Assembly (NCBI GenBank): GCA_026025075.1
Contig: JAPEUI010000022.1
Span: 124,001-188,000 of the forward strand
Reading direction: 5' to 3'
Origin: Vezdaea acicularis
Taxonomy: Eukaryota
DNA length: 64,000 nucleotides
Both the position numbers and the translations under genes were made by a program. Below are positions 37,272 through 50,172 of this stretch, one piece after another (positions within the stretch are counted from its first letter, which is position 1; the number at the start of each line of letters is the position of its first letter). The notes under the pieces were generated by a model, which saw only the letters and a list, made by a program, of their open reading frames with translations, had not been told where the DNA came from and ran no database searches.

Positions 37272-38961
37272 TATACTCTGGGATGTCCACTATCGACCGT
37301 ACAGACGTCATAAGGTCATGGATCTCTGCTCCAACATTTCCTCATCCGATTCGTAGGATGGAGAATAGACTCGGAGGAAAGATGGGAAACACTTAGGGGC
37401 AGATTGGGAACCCCGTAGTGCCTTGTCTGCAAGTATCCTTGCGATTCTGCGAGAAGATAATGAATCATCCAACTTAGGTAGCTAGCCATGTTCATTTTGC
37501 ATATCCCAGCAATTCTTGGTACTTGCAAGGCTGACATTCAGTAACTTGCCAGGGATTATCTGTGGGCAGTGCCGAGCCAAAGACTACTATGGACAACCGA
37601 TTTACGAACTGCTGTGCAGAAGAGCACCGTATTTCTTGACTATTATCGGCATTCGATGAGCATGGCATCTTCCAGGATGGCACACATCAGCAGGTCTTTC
37701 CACGGAGAATGGGATTATTTGCGAGCACGCAATGCTTAACTAAACGATGAGAGTGACCTGGCGAAGGGGATCAAGTCTCCACGCTATGTTCTTTGGAAGC
37801 TAAGAGGACCTCGCCTTCTCTGTAATTGCCTCTCAAAGCCTGAGCGTCCAAGTGAATGGAAGCGCTCAGCGCTCGGAATCAAAAAGTAGAACAAATAGGG
37901 TCCGTTACGAGCCAAATCGAGCCAGGGGTTAAGTATCCATTTCACAGGAAAGCTTTCGCATATATCGCTTTATCAAAAAGGAGCACCTTGTGGTTAGCCG
38001 GCGTCTAATTTGCAAAATTTCCGCGAAAGAAGGCCCTAATACATTAAAGCATCGCTTATAAAGCGAATGGCCGTCAATTTAGCGGAAATATTTTTGATGA
38101 TGGGAACTTCCCATACAATGGGAAACTACTTGTACTATAGCACATCGCTCATATCATCGGAAGCTTTTCATACAACGGGGAAGGACCTATTATGTGACAG
38201 GTGATACATTGAATGAAGACCAAATGCTAGAATAAGGGATTGCATGTTTGACGAAGCATCGCCCATATGGCGAGAGGCCATTCATACAGCCAGAGGATGG
38301 AAGGGTTGGGGGGCTTGTGGAAGTCTCTTTGAGACTGGTTGAATGCTTAAGGGTTGAAGCCTTTTGCACCAGTACGAGAGGCTCGAGGGGATTTGCGGAC
38401 AACAGGCATTCGAATTTCAGCTTAGCACGCGTTCCCACGCGCTTCTCCGCAAGTATATTAACTGCGAGCATTTCATCGAAGAAGGGACAATAATCAATCC
38501 TTTGTGACTGCAGGGGAGTTGAAGTCTTACGCAAAAATCACTCCTGTAGAAATATATGATCGGGCCAGGTTTGGCCGTGGACGAGCGCGGCTAAACTTTT
38601 AGGGAAGCCCGATGTGATGCCTTTGTCGAGGCTGTTTAAGCCATGCGTGGCGCCGTCACGTTTACCAATGATAGGGTCGAAAAAAGAGCACATCGCACGC
38701 CATAGGAAGACCCCTGCTAGAACTTTCCTCTTGTGGGTAAACATCGCCGGTTTAGCTCTACTCCGATAATTCGGTCGAAATGACAGCCCTTGGTCGCTCA
38801 GCATCTCGGCCCGGTGCACGCTGTCACTGGCAAACAGCTGGAAGGGCAGAGCCTCCCGGTGCTCCAGTACAATAATCCAGCCAGCCGCCCTCCTTTCCCT
38901 TGGACCGATACACATTGCTCTGCAGCCAGACTAAGCATTTGGCACTTTCAATCAACATATC

Positions 38962-39970
38962 ATGAGGACTGGTTATCTAAAACTGGCTGCCCTTGGGCTG
39001 GCTTCGCTCACTCATGCCTTACCAGAGTCAGAATCCGTCCAGTCGTAGGCCTACCCGTCATTGCTTTGGAACGATCGTAAGCTAACAGGAGGCAGTGTCG
39101 TTGTGACGATGACCACGGTTGTAACCCACGAGCCTCTCAAGAGATCCTATATAATACCTAACTCTGGGTTGGTGACCACGTCAAAAGATCCCTTATCATT
39201 ACTTCTAGCTTACCATATACCACCAGCGAGGTTTACTCTGAAACGCGCACGAACTCATTGCTCGCGAGTTTCTACTCCAAAGCTATTAGCGCCGCCAATT
39301 CAGTCGCGAAGGCTAGCCAAGCTGTTCCATACACACTGTAAGCGTGACGACGTGAACGTAAAACATTATGGGAGCTGACGTGAACTCAAACAGCACCGAT
39401 CCCCTCATTGGCACGACTGTTTTAGTAGCGTATCCGACAGATCCATCGGCGTACTGTTTCTTGGTACCAGACAGCCCAGTGACTGCTATTCCTCCATGGT
39501 TCTCACAGGACGTCTCCTTACAACAGTCGATCGCGGGAGTCACACTCAACCCCACGGACGTTGCTCTGCTGCTGACAGACTTCGTCACATACGGTCCCAT
39601 CAGAAGCGCTTGCGTTCCGTCCGGGGGAGCAGCAGCATCGAACACTCCTTCGCTCTCTTCGGTCATCGCAAGCAAGTCTTCGACTCAGCTAGCATCGTCG
39701 TCGAGGGCAGCGACCTCCGGAGTCGGCGGAACTGGTGGTGGGGGAGCATTCGGGTCGCTCAGCTCCAGCCCGACATCTTCAGCATCATCGAGCAAGGCCA
39801 CAGCCAGCGTCAACTCGGTCTCCTCGAGCTCTGTTACTCGCCAGGTCACAGTCACAGCAACTCCGACCGCCGCATCGGCATCTAGTGCAGGTGCTGCTTT
39901 GCCCTCGGTCGAGAAAGCAGGTGCTCTCGCGGCATTGGCTGGTGCTGCTGTTTTCGCTGCGCTGATGTAG
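38962..39970 (+). CDS. Putative GPI-anchored cell-surface protein (paralog A)
   Basis: Introns 39045-39095, 39168-39226 and 39338-39393 join in frame. Signal peptide, PTDPSAYC domain, S/T-rich stalk and hydrophobic C-terminus (ALAALAGAAVFAALM). Confidence 0.85.
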
Positions 39971-40698
39971 GCACCTCTGCGTTGGAACTTTCTTCTGGCG
40001 GAGGAATCTCAACTTGGAGTATTGAGATCTGGGCAGCCTTTATTCGGATTACATGCTTGGATACCCATGTTAATCAAATTTCTCATGATTGCAATGCCCT
40101 TATCCTGCTGCCTAGCGATTTTCCGAGCAGTGTATTACTACATCATCCCACAACGGTCGTCATCGTCGAGTAACAGTGTAAAAGTATGTCGACGGGATAG
40201 CCAGCCTCGTCGACTCGATTCGTCGTTTCGCAGAACTCAGGTGGTTCCAGACCCCCTATTCCGCGACCAATGCCAAGAGTCCTGGCCCGCGGCTAAGCAG
40301 CTCCAGGCCGACGCTTGTGAACAATCCCTGCTCCTCATGCGCCTGTGCCACCCCGGTCCCACGTCCGATTTTGACAAGCTGAAGGACGGCGCAAAGGCTG
40401 GACGAAGCCCTGGGCTCGGAATAACTTCTGCTGGCTGGCTGGAAATCAAAATTTCCCGAAAGCTTTTTGGGGGCTGTCCTTCTACGCTAAGCCAGCTCTG
40501 CGCACCGATCAAGCGCGATGCGCACCAGGATCTCTATCGCACGCTCCATCAGCCTCTTTCTATTATAACCAAACTCCGCCCCGCGACGCAAAGTCTTTCC
40601 TTCGCGTCTGTTTCTTAGGTGCGCTTTCTTTCGCGTGTTGAGATCGTCTTTATCATCTCTTCTTTCCTTGCACACGCATCGCTCGCGCATCGTTCGCC

Positions 40699-41732
40699 AT
40701 GAGGTCCTTCCACGCCGCCGCCGTGGTGGCGGTTTTGTCGCTGGCCAGCCTTGTTCGAGCTCTGCCCAATGCGTCCGAGGAGCCGCAGTCCGTGGTTGTC
40801 ACCATGACCACTATCATCACGAAACACTCGGACCCACGGGTCACGAATTATGAGGAGGTGAAACGCTCGATCCTGGAGTAAGCTTGATGAAACGACCCCC
40901 CAAGAGCTCGCGCGCGAGCTCTATGCCTTTCCAGTCTGCTAACAATCCGCTGCAGTCCCAATTCAGCTTACTTATCACTTGAGACGGCCCAAGACCCCCA
41001 GTTTGCCTCGTTCGTCAGCATCGCGCGGCCTCAAGAGTCAAAAGTGGCCAAAGCTTCCGACGTCGTCGTCTACACCGTCACCGGCGCCGCTCCCAGCTGG
41101 GGCTCCACCTTCGTCGCGCAACCCACGGATCCCTTGGCCTACTGCTGGCTCTTCGACACCACGGCGAGCACGCCCCAATGGTTCAGCCACTACGTGACCA
41201 TCTTCAACAGTCTGCAAACCGCGGACACCACCGACTTCGACCCCTATTACACCGCCGTAAGGCCACCCCCATTCCCTACCCTTTCCACCCCCAACTGACA
41301 CCCAGCGCACAGACTCTCGCCCCAGAAGACATCGAACAAGGCTACATCGACTACGTGACCTGGTCCGTCCTGCTCAACGCATGTAGCGTCACCCTCGACT
41401 TCTCCGCCTACAACAGCGCCAGCGGCTCCTACTACGGCGGCGGAGGCGGCGGCGGTGGGCTTTCCGGCTACACCCCCGCCGCGACGGGCGGCCGCACCAC
41501 TGGCGCCGGTCTCTCCTTTGCCACCCCCGCGACCTCGAAATCCGCTTCCTCCCCTTCGTCCACCACCAAGGCGTCCAGCTCCACCAGTACCCCCTCCGTC
41601 TCCGTGCTCACCGTGACTCAGACGTCAGCGAAAAGCGGTAATTTTGCTGCACGACCTACGGCTCCGGCGAGGTTGGGAGCGTGTGCGGGTGGAGTGGCGG
41701 CGGCGGTGGGTGCATTGGGCTTGGTGTTATAG
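40699..41732 (+). CDS. Putative GPI-anchored cell-surface protein (paralog B)
   Basis: Introns 40878-40955 and 41257-41312. Signal peptide, PTDPLAYC domain, G/S/T-rich stalk and hydrophobic C-terminus (GVAAAVGALGLVL). Confidence 0.85.
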
Positions 41733-42008
41733 AGCTGTATAAGGAGGTCATGGGAGATGGGGAAAGGCATTGATTTGCATGGTATTGGCGGGGCTTTTAC
41801 ATATGAGGGAAAGGCTTTGTATTAGCGCTTGGCTACGTTAGTCGGGAATCTATACCCTATCCATATCTTCTGATTTTCCAATGCTTCTGCTGATTCACAT
41901 CCATAACGTGTGGATTAACCCTTTCGCTTCCCTCCAATGTTCCATGCTCTTATTTCAAGGCTATATACAAAACGTGACTGCTCCATCTGTGCACTATCCA
42001 TCGGGTCA

Positions 42009-43993
42009 CTACGTCAACGACGGAGCTACTTTGGGCGGCGTTCGAGGCCGCCCGGCAGCCATCTCCGAGGCCCCGGAGTCACCAGCCAGCTCGAAGCGCG
42101 TCTCTGGCTCGGGTTCTCTGCCTATTTCATAGGGCTCATACTTCTTTCCCACGGGTGAAGCTTCGCCTCTTGCTTCCACCGCCGAACCGGGCAATTCGGA
42201 CTTTCGCCAACTCCCGACCTCTTCCTCGGTGACTACATTCTGGGGCCGCGATCTGTGGCGGAGAAACCATGTAAGCGCCAACCCGATCAGTGCTATGGCA
42301 GCGAGGCCTCCAACGACACCTCCAGCTATCGCGCCGGCGTTCGACTTCTTGGTAGGCGGTGGACTAGTGCCAGCGGTGGTATTACTTGGGACGCTGCTTG
42401 AGGTGACAGTCTTAGAGAAAATGGTCTTCAAGTAGGGATCAGGCCAGCCGCCATCCGGCTGTGTGAGATTAGCTTTGCCACCGCTGTTGCCTCCAACTAC
42501 CGAGTATATCTGACTCGGCACGCTGTATTTCTTGCCCGGCTCGAACTGTGCTTGCCAGGTGAAGGTGCTTGTATCGAGAACCCGTAGGGGAAGATAGACG
42601 CGGCAGGTGCTTGCGTTGTTCAATTGTGTGATGCCATTTTGGACTATGCCCCCAATAACGACTAATTGAGAGTCTTGCCACATGACGCACTTGTGCGCTC
42701 TTCGGCCGATCTGGGGGGTAGACGGTTGGTATTCCGTGTTGCTGTTGTCTTGGATTTTTATCCATCTGAATGAGGGGACGGCCAGGACGTAGGTATCTTC
42801 GTAGGCTCGTTGGCCAGATATTGCCCACCCACCGTACATGGTGATTTGGAAAGACGACTTGTCTGGGGAGGCGGAAACAGCGGCGCAAAAGTCAGATGTT
42901 CCACCAGGAATTTTGCCAGTTGCTGTGACAGTATACCTGACGCAATTAGTATTGGGGGATATGCAGCATCTATTCCAGACTTACCAATTACTCGAACGGA
43001 TGTCATAAACGTATATTTGGTTCATCGGAGCAAGTTCATATATTTGGCCATTAGGATTTGGCTGGGCTTTGATTGCTGTCTAGGAATTATGAGCTGTCAT
43101 GTTCCGCTCTCCGTTATCACCCAGGTAAGGAGAGACTTACATTATATCCACCAAACGCCACTAGGATTCCCTGATCTCCAACCGGAATATGAACCATGGC
43201 GCCGCTTAGGATATTGGGCACACCTGAAGTCGTTTGATTGACCCAGCTTGCGTCCGAGCTATTGAATCTTGTCATTCCGGGAGTTGGAGAGTTGAAATCT
43301 CCCCCTAGATAATATGACAAGCCGAGCTCGGGGACCTCGGCCGATAACCCTTTATATCGGTCCCCAAATTGAAGGTTTCCTCCAACCACCGAAACCGCTT
43401 TCCATTTCCCAGTATTGATATTGTAGGAAGGGAGAATATTATTGCTTTCATCGTCTGTTAGAGCTGCGAAGCCAGAGTAGGCATATAGCGTATCGTTGTC
43501 GGTGAAGAAGCTCCCGCCAGATCCATTCAGTTGAAGACCGATATTAGGTGAGACGTCCAAAGGCACCTGAGTCGAGCGTAAGATAGGTGCGGGTATTGTA
43601 CTGTCAACAGCAAATGTGTCGTTGAGGTCCAGCCAATACAGACTTTGCGCTGCCTGAGGTTAGACTCTTGTAACGTGGGCACCTAAGTATGGGCCTTAAA
43701 GTTGACTGACTCTTGATAGGTTTTGTTGATGATGAGGATAAGAACGTATAGTCGCCGCTCATGAAGAAAATGCGATCCCCAAGAAGAGTAGCTTCGGTCA
43801 GTCAGCATTGTGGAGCACAGAAGAGACAAGCTCAGGAAAATGGCATACTGCGAGGAGTCACCACCGTACACAAATCTCCAACATCTCTTGATACGAGTTC
43901 ATTGAGGGATTCTTCAGCATTCCCTGAGGTGTACCCAGGCGCGAACGAAATCAACGCTGAAAGTAGGAACAGACTGGGGTATCGTGAAAGCAT
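42009..43993 (-). CDS. Kelch/galactose oxidase-type beta-propeller single-pass membrane protein
   Basis: Multi-exon gene with signal MLSRYPSLFLLSALISFA, kelch-like GG motifs (YYLGG, ILVAFGG, MYGG, LVVIGG), and TM AGAIAGGVVGGLAAIALIGLALTWFL with a short cytoplasmic tail. Confidence 0.88.
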
Positions 43994-45146
43994 GCTGAAA
44001 AGAAACGACCATGAAAGGTCCGCGAAGAAGATGAATCAGAATAGAGCAAAATCAAGGTCTTAAAGTGGAAAGCTACAGGTAATAGCGAGCGCGAGCGTTA
44101 ATATCAGCGTCGCGGCCCCCGATCGCGAGGCTTAGGAGTAGCATGGCAAGGGGTCACCCGTCATCATGAAAGCACCCTATTAATATGTTCACGCAGCGAC
44201 TTGTTGATGCTAGATTGCGGCGAGGCTCGTCCTTCAACTTTGCGCAGCAGCTTTATTGGTTATGGGAATTTACACGGCTGTGTTTCACTTCAAGCCCCTT
44301 GCGCCACAAGGCGGCCATGCGGCCGTAGCTTAGTCCAAGGGCCGGGGCGTTAGCGCGAGTTCGCCAAAAGCATTACTCCCGCTCGTCCGCTGTTTTCATG
44401 GCCGCCTCTTGTCATATCTGCTGACTTACAGCATGCAAAGGACCATCCGTATCATAGGGGTGTCATAAGCAGATAGAATTCTCCCATCATATGAGTGGCT
44501 TCTCCGTAGTATCATCAGTCTCTCATCGAGGGTCCCGTCCTATAGAGAGAGAATCTTATTGTATGGAAGGCCTCCCATTATATAGGCAACCGACTATTAC
44601 TTCGGGGCCTACCCGTTACATTGGCGGCCTCTCATGTTTTTCTTCGAGCTCAAATTTTGGTCTTTCAACCAGTTGATGGACTACAAGAGGCACAGAAGGG
44701 CACTAAGTATAGTCTAAACATATAATTGCATGGAACTCTCTAGATATATCCAAGATTTCCCTCAATCTATAACACCTGAGATCTCTTTTCGCCCCCCTCG
44801 AGCTCAGAATGGATCGAAGACTTATTGAACCTGATGTGTTACACGTATCCTGTACGAACGACGCCATCTACTGTACGAGCCGGGTTTATGTTTGTATAAT
44901 AGGATCTTCATCATGGCGGTGATCAACATGAAGTTAAAGGGGCTCATTGGCAGCCTCTTTACCTTGAACGTCTCTCCTAGGTGTCAGGCGATGAAATGTC
45001 TCATAATGGTTCAGCAGATCGTTATGTTCTGCGAACAGGGTGTTTCCCTTGCAAGTCTTGAATTGGCAGATGTACCAGCCGCCTGAACTTGGACTTGAGC
45101 GGGTCAGCGAGTGTCTTAAGACATCCAGTTCATCTGGTCGGACTAC

Positions 45147-47385
45147 TTACCTTGATTCGCAAGGTATGGACGGAGGAAGGCCAATACTTGTACGGGACTT
45201 TAACTTCCAAAAGGAGTCCCTTGGAGAATCCCTCATGACCAGATCATACGATTTCGAGACGTCATATGAATTGCGCCGATTTTCAAGGGAAGATGAGGAG
45301 GTTCGGAGCCTTACGTTCCTTGACAAGGGCGCGTGATAATGGCTCTCATGCTCCTGTAGAAGCCAAGCTCTCTCAAAGGTAGCAGCGTTCTGAGGACAGC
45401 GTGAGCATATAAAAGGAAAAATAGGTAGATGCTTCTCAGAATGATCACACTTCCGTCTCGAGGTGTAGCGTGGCAATTGTTGCCTCCAACGAGGGTCTGC
45501 TGCTGCCGAGAAACGATCCGGAAAGCCGAAGAGGAACATGCTCCCTTCTATCTCTATCTCTGTATCATTCGGAAAAGTCCAGCATTTATCGAAATGCGCG
45601 TCCATGTAGTCTCTTAAATGTACCTTGAGCGGTGATTCTTCAAAGCTCAGCATGGACGGTTTCATGAATGTCCCCTCAAGAGCTTGATCGACTTCAGGAT
45701 CAAAGCCCCACCAGCCTTCCCAGGAATCCATCGTATAACCTTCCTCGAAGTGAGATGCGAGATGTTCAACTCGCTCGTCCCAGGTGCGAAGAGTAAGGGC
45801 ACAAAAGCCGCATGTAGATTTGATATCACCTAATCTTCGCTCCCACGTATCCATCCATGGTTCGTAAGAGCAGCCATGAGTAACCTTAAGATGCTGGCGT
45901 AGATTGTCTTTGCGGGTAAATGTCCGCTCTTTTGACGATCTTTGCCAACAAGGCTGGAACTTATGGGCTACGAGATATTCTGGCGACTGTGTTATCCCAC
46001 CTTGATCTTGTGGAGGACCAGAGGATCGACCACATTCCCATGATGCAATGGGCACGTGGACACTGACTTCATGGCGAGCCCAGTCGTGTTTCTTTTGGAA
46101 ATCACGGCCACAGAAAGTGCATTGGAAGCGAGGCCAACAGATTTCCATACTTGGTCTTATGCGGGACGACGGGCGAGACTGTGGAGAGTCAAACCCCTTT
46201 TTAGTATCTTTCTTCCGTACAACAATCTTGCGATGACGGCGTCGACGTTGTCCATTTGTGAATGGTGAGGGAGTTGCGAACGACCCAAACGAAGAGGCAG
46301 AATGTATAGAGGCAAATGATGTTCTAGAGCCAGTTGACCACGCAATGCTATCGCTCTCAACCGATGCATCTGGGTCATCTAGTGGGAACTGCTCTTCAAT
46401 GCTAGAGCCGGATATAACGTCTGAGGCCCGCCGAGACGCTTTATTTTGATCATCTTTATCTTCATCGTCGTTAAGTGCCAATATAGCTTGTTCTATCACA
46501 GCTGGCGGGATAGGTTCTTGGTCAGGAGGAGAGTTTTTCCACCTTTCTAATGGATTTAAATCTTCTAATATGGGATCGGAGTCAATTCTCAACGCTGTCA
46601 CCGGAATTGGGATAGGTTTTGAAAAAGATTCCTGTTCAGGTAACTTCTTGCTCATAGATCTCCTGTCCGGTGTGAATAGACCTTTCTGCTGTCTACGTCT
46701 GGCATTACAGAACCAATCGTAGACTTGTTGAGCTGTTGAACCAGTTCGAATCGCAAGCTAGTACCTCTCTTCTGGGTCCGGATAAGGGTCATTTTGATGA
46801 GCGGAGTACCATCGCTGAAATGTCTTTGAGGCTTCTCGGCTGAGTCTCGTACTTTTCCGAACTGGACTCACTGATGTTGTACCAATTTGTTTGCTGACAG
46901 AGGCGCCCTTTGCTAGTGTCCGCGTCACTTCTTCATTTGCTGTCCTCGAGTGGCTGCAAAGGCTTCCATACGTCGTACAAGACAAGCAGGCAGGGTTATT
47001 AGGGTGCACAAAGCATCTGCGCTTATTAGATGTGCAAAACTCGCAAGAGTCTGCGATCTTCACGGCGGAATAATCTCTCCATCTGTCAACAGTAAAGTCC
47101 CTAACACTCGACCGACCGAAGTCTGGGTGAACCTGGCCATGTTCAAGGGCATCTGGAGCCAATGCCGAAGCTGGGGTGAGAATCGTCATCTCGGCATTTT
47201 CTTGTCCTTCTATGGGATCCAAGATCATCTAGGAAAGGTCAGTCTGGTGATTGTCGGGGAAACAAGGAAAGAGAGGAAATGGAGCTCACCGGCTCAACGG
47301 TTGGAGATTTAGGCTGCAATGACTTTGCGTTACAGTCCAATGATAGCACGCGTGGGTCAATGAAGCCATTGACAGGTAGATCCAT
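45147..47385 (-). CDS. Zn2Cys6 + TALE-type homeodomain + C2H2 transcription factor with one in-frame TAG (46758-46760); may be a pseudogene or a recoded gene
   Basis: Exon 47385-47290, intron, then a single frame from 47228 to 45147. It contains CEFC-x6-C-x8-CLSC-x6-C, the homeodomain PYPDPEERY*LAIRTGSTAQQVYDWFCNARRR, PLERWKNSPP, FQCTFC...WARHE...H and FTRKDNLRQHL. Confidence 0.85.
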
Positions 47386-48180
47386 GACAAGAGCTGTCCT
47401 CTCAGACCTCGTTTGAAGAAGCTATAGTAAATGCATACATGGAGATAAATGTATGCTTATATATACGAAAGGGCTAGTCACGGGCGTAGACTGGCTAGAA
47501 GCTCAGGGTAAGAGCTCAGGATTTCAGCCAGAACCGCCAAGCTTGAGGTGGTGCAAGAGGAACGCTTGCAATAACAGAAACACGAACATGGAATCTTTTG
47601 AGATCAGAATCAACGACAGTATATGGACTTAAGTTCATGCTGCACCGCGCGGCCATCGCAAGGCTCTTATTGGTCGTCAGAATTACCATAGGGCGTGGGG
47701 CACCTGAGCTGGAGCTCTGACCATGCTAATGCAGACCCCTGTCCGCGCTACTCTCTAATAGGTAAGTGCGAATGCCTCGTCAACAAGGCAACACCAAAAG
47801 AGCGCATCTTCCAAGATAGGAAGTTCCAATGTGAGATGTGAAAGGTCGCTGACGCCACAATAGATCATTTTATCCCAATCATGGGAGCCATATCAGATTC
47901 GGTTTGGGAATTGTAAGTTCCGAGTCAACTCAGCAACTTTGTGGCCGACTTGGTTTGTGTGAGCATCTAGAACAGAACCATAAATATTCAGCAGTTTGAA
48001 GTAACAACAAATCTCTCAGCTTTCATCGAATTGATTCAGTGCAGTTCTAATGTAAGGCTTAAGCCTGAAGTGGAGTGGGACTGTATCTACTTTACATGGG
48101 AGTAATGTACAATGCGTAATCCCCTAGTACTAAATCTCAATATGCTCCGTCAAATGTAAACACCCCATCCAACACGCTTT

Positions 48181-49797
48181 TTAACTAATAACGCGAGTAA
48201 TAAGCCCTGTTGCAACAGTTCTACATGTTGTTAGTGATGTGACAAGCTTTCAGGGTGCAAAAGAGTGGGGAGAGCATACCTTCCACCTTCTCGCACATTA
48301 AACCTTTGACCGTTTTCAACCACCAGAGGATGATGGGTCTCGCATAGCATCTCAACATTATCTCCAGGCATGACCATTTTGCTATCGGCATCTTCCGTGC
48401 CCTCTGGCCAGTACAACGCCGCCGCCTCATCTATGTACGTCAGCATGCGAGACGCGGAGCAAGCTCTCTGGGAAAGCTAGATTTACCTGCTGTCCGTGTG
48501 AAGAGCTGTGGCCTGTAGTTATTGTGGAAGCCTGTGTGCCGACCGCCCTCTTCCTTCGTCAAAACATACATAGAAGTCAAAAACTTCTTATGCGCAGTTG
48601 CAGTCCCAGGCTTCACAACAACCATGCCCCGCTGGACATCTTCTCGCTTTACACCACGAAGAAGTAGTCCAGAATTATCGCCTGCCCGAGATTCGTCACA
48701 AGATTTCTTGAATGTTTCGATATCCGTAACTTTTGTCTTAATGGGTGCCTCATTCTTTCCGATAATCTCCACATCCGAGTCCTTCTTCAACAAGCCACGC
48801 TCAACTCGTCCTGAAACAACTGTGCCTCGGCCGGGAATGGAAAAGACATCTTCTACAGCCATTAGGAAAGGCTTCTCGACGTCGCGCTGCGGGGTCGGAA
48901 TCCATTCGTCAACAGCTTTCAGAAGCTCATCAATTTTACCAACCCCGATGTCAGGTTGTTTCCCTTCAAGAGCGCAAAGAGCTGAGCCAAGTATAATAGG
49001 TGTGTCATCGCCCTCAAAGCCATAGGTATTGAGAAGTTCTCGCATTTCCATCTCGACAAGTTCCAGCATCTCTTTGTCCTCGATAGCATCTACCTTGTTA
49101 ACAAAGACGACGATCTTTTCGACACCGACCTGTCGCGCAAGCAGGAGATGTTCCCGAGTCTGTGGCCTGCCAGACAGTTAATAATCAGAGTTTGAATGGG
49201 AGGGCATAAAACTCCTAACATTTGACCATCAGAAGCGGCAACCACAATGACTGCGCCATCCATATTCGCTGCACCTGTTATCATGTTCTTAATGTAGTCC
49301 GCGTGACCGGGACAGTCTACATGGGAGTAGTGTCGATTTTCGGTTTCATACTCGATATGGGCAGTTGAAATAGTGATACCACGCTTTCTTTCCTCTGGAG
49401 CTTTGTCGATTGCACCATACTCGAGAAAGTTGGCGAATCCCTTCTCAGCCTGCCTTTTTGTAATTGCGGCGGTCAGAGTTGTCTGCGAAAATTGGTAAGT
49501 ATGATGCTATGACCGTCCATCGTCTTCGCGTACCTTGCCATGATCGACGTGGCCGATGGTGCCTGTAACGAATTAGATTGAGATCTCGGTTCAACATAGA
49601 GAAGTGGAATATATACCAATATTAACATGCGGCTTCGTTCTTTGAAATGCCGTCGCAAGGCCTCGATATTGCTGTGCTAGCTGTGCTCCGTTTTTCGCAG
49701 TAACGACCTGGTAAAAAGGATTGACGCCATTCTGCCGTTGGAGTACAGCACGGGAAATTCGTATGAAAGGAGCGACAGACCGAGAGAGCGCGGTCAT
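48181..49797 (-). CDS. TUF1: Mitochondrial elongation factor Tu
   Basis: Multi-exon gene with a basic presequence, [42 protein letters not shown] and EEGGRHTGF. Confidence 0.98.
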
Positions 49798-50172
49798 CGT
49801 GATAAATGCACCGAATGTTGTACAAGAAAGAAATGGCCGAATTGAGGGAGATGAGAGCTTCGCTGCCGAAAAATGGTGCGCTCACGACCTCTCCCAGAAA
49901 TTCTACTAGCGCGTTCCGAAGATCTCAAATCACGTGCGGCATGTTCTTATACTTTATTTGTAGCCATGATATATGGTATGCATTGCAGCTGCGTTCAAAG
50001 ATGTGAACATTAAAGGCTTGTACTCAGGACTAGACATTTATTTGACGTTTCCTGGGTCCTTTACTACAATTCGTCTCCGACATGGACCCAAATGGATCGG
50101 AGGAAACCTATTATCTCTACGAATTCGTGAGATCTGGAATGATAATAGGCGAAGCTCACAGCTCATGATACT

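Noticed and set aside
38099..38186. Imperfect direct repeat GGAA..TT..CATACAA.GGG.A containing a small hairpin
   Set aside because: Two short degenerate copies only, with no array, spacers or element structure.
40022..40618. 198-aa ORF between the GPI-type paralogs
   Set aside because: TTG start and no recognisable features. It overlaps the presumed 3' UTR and promoter.
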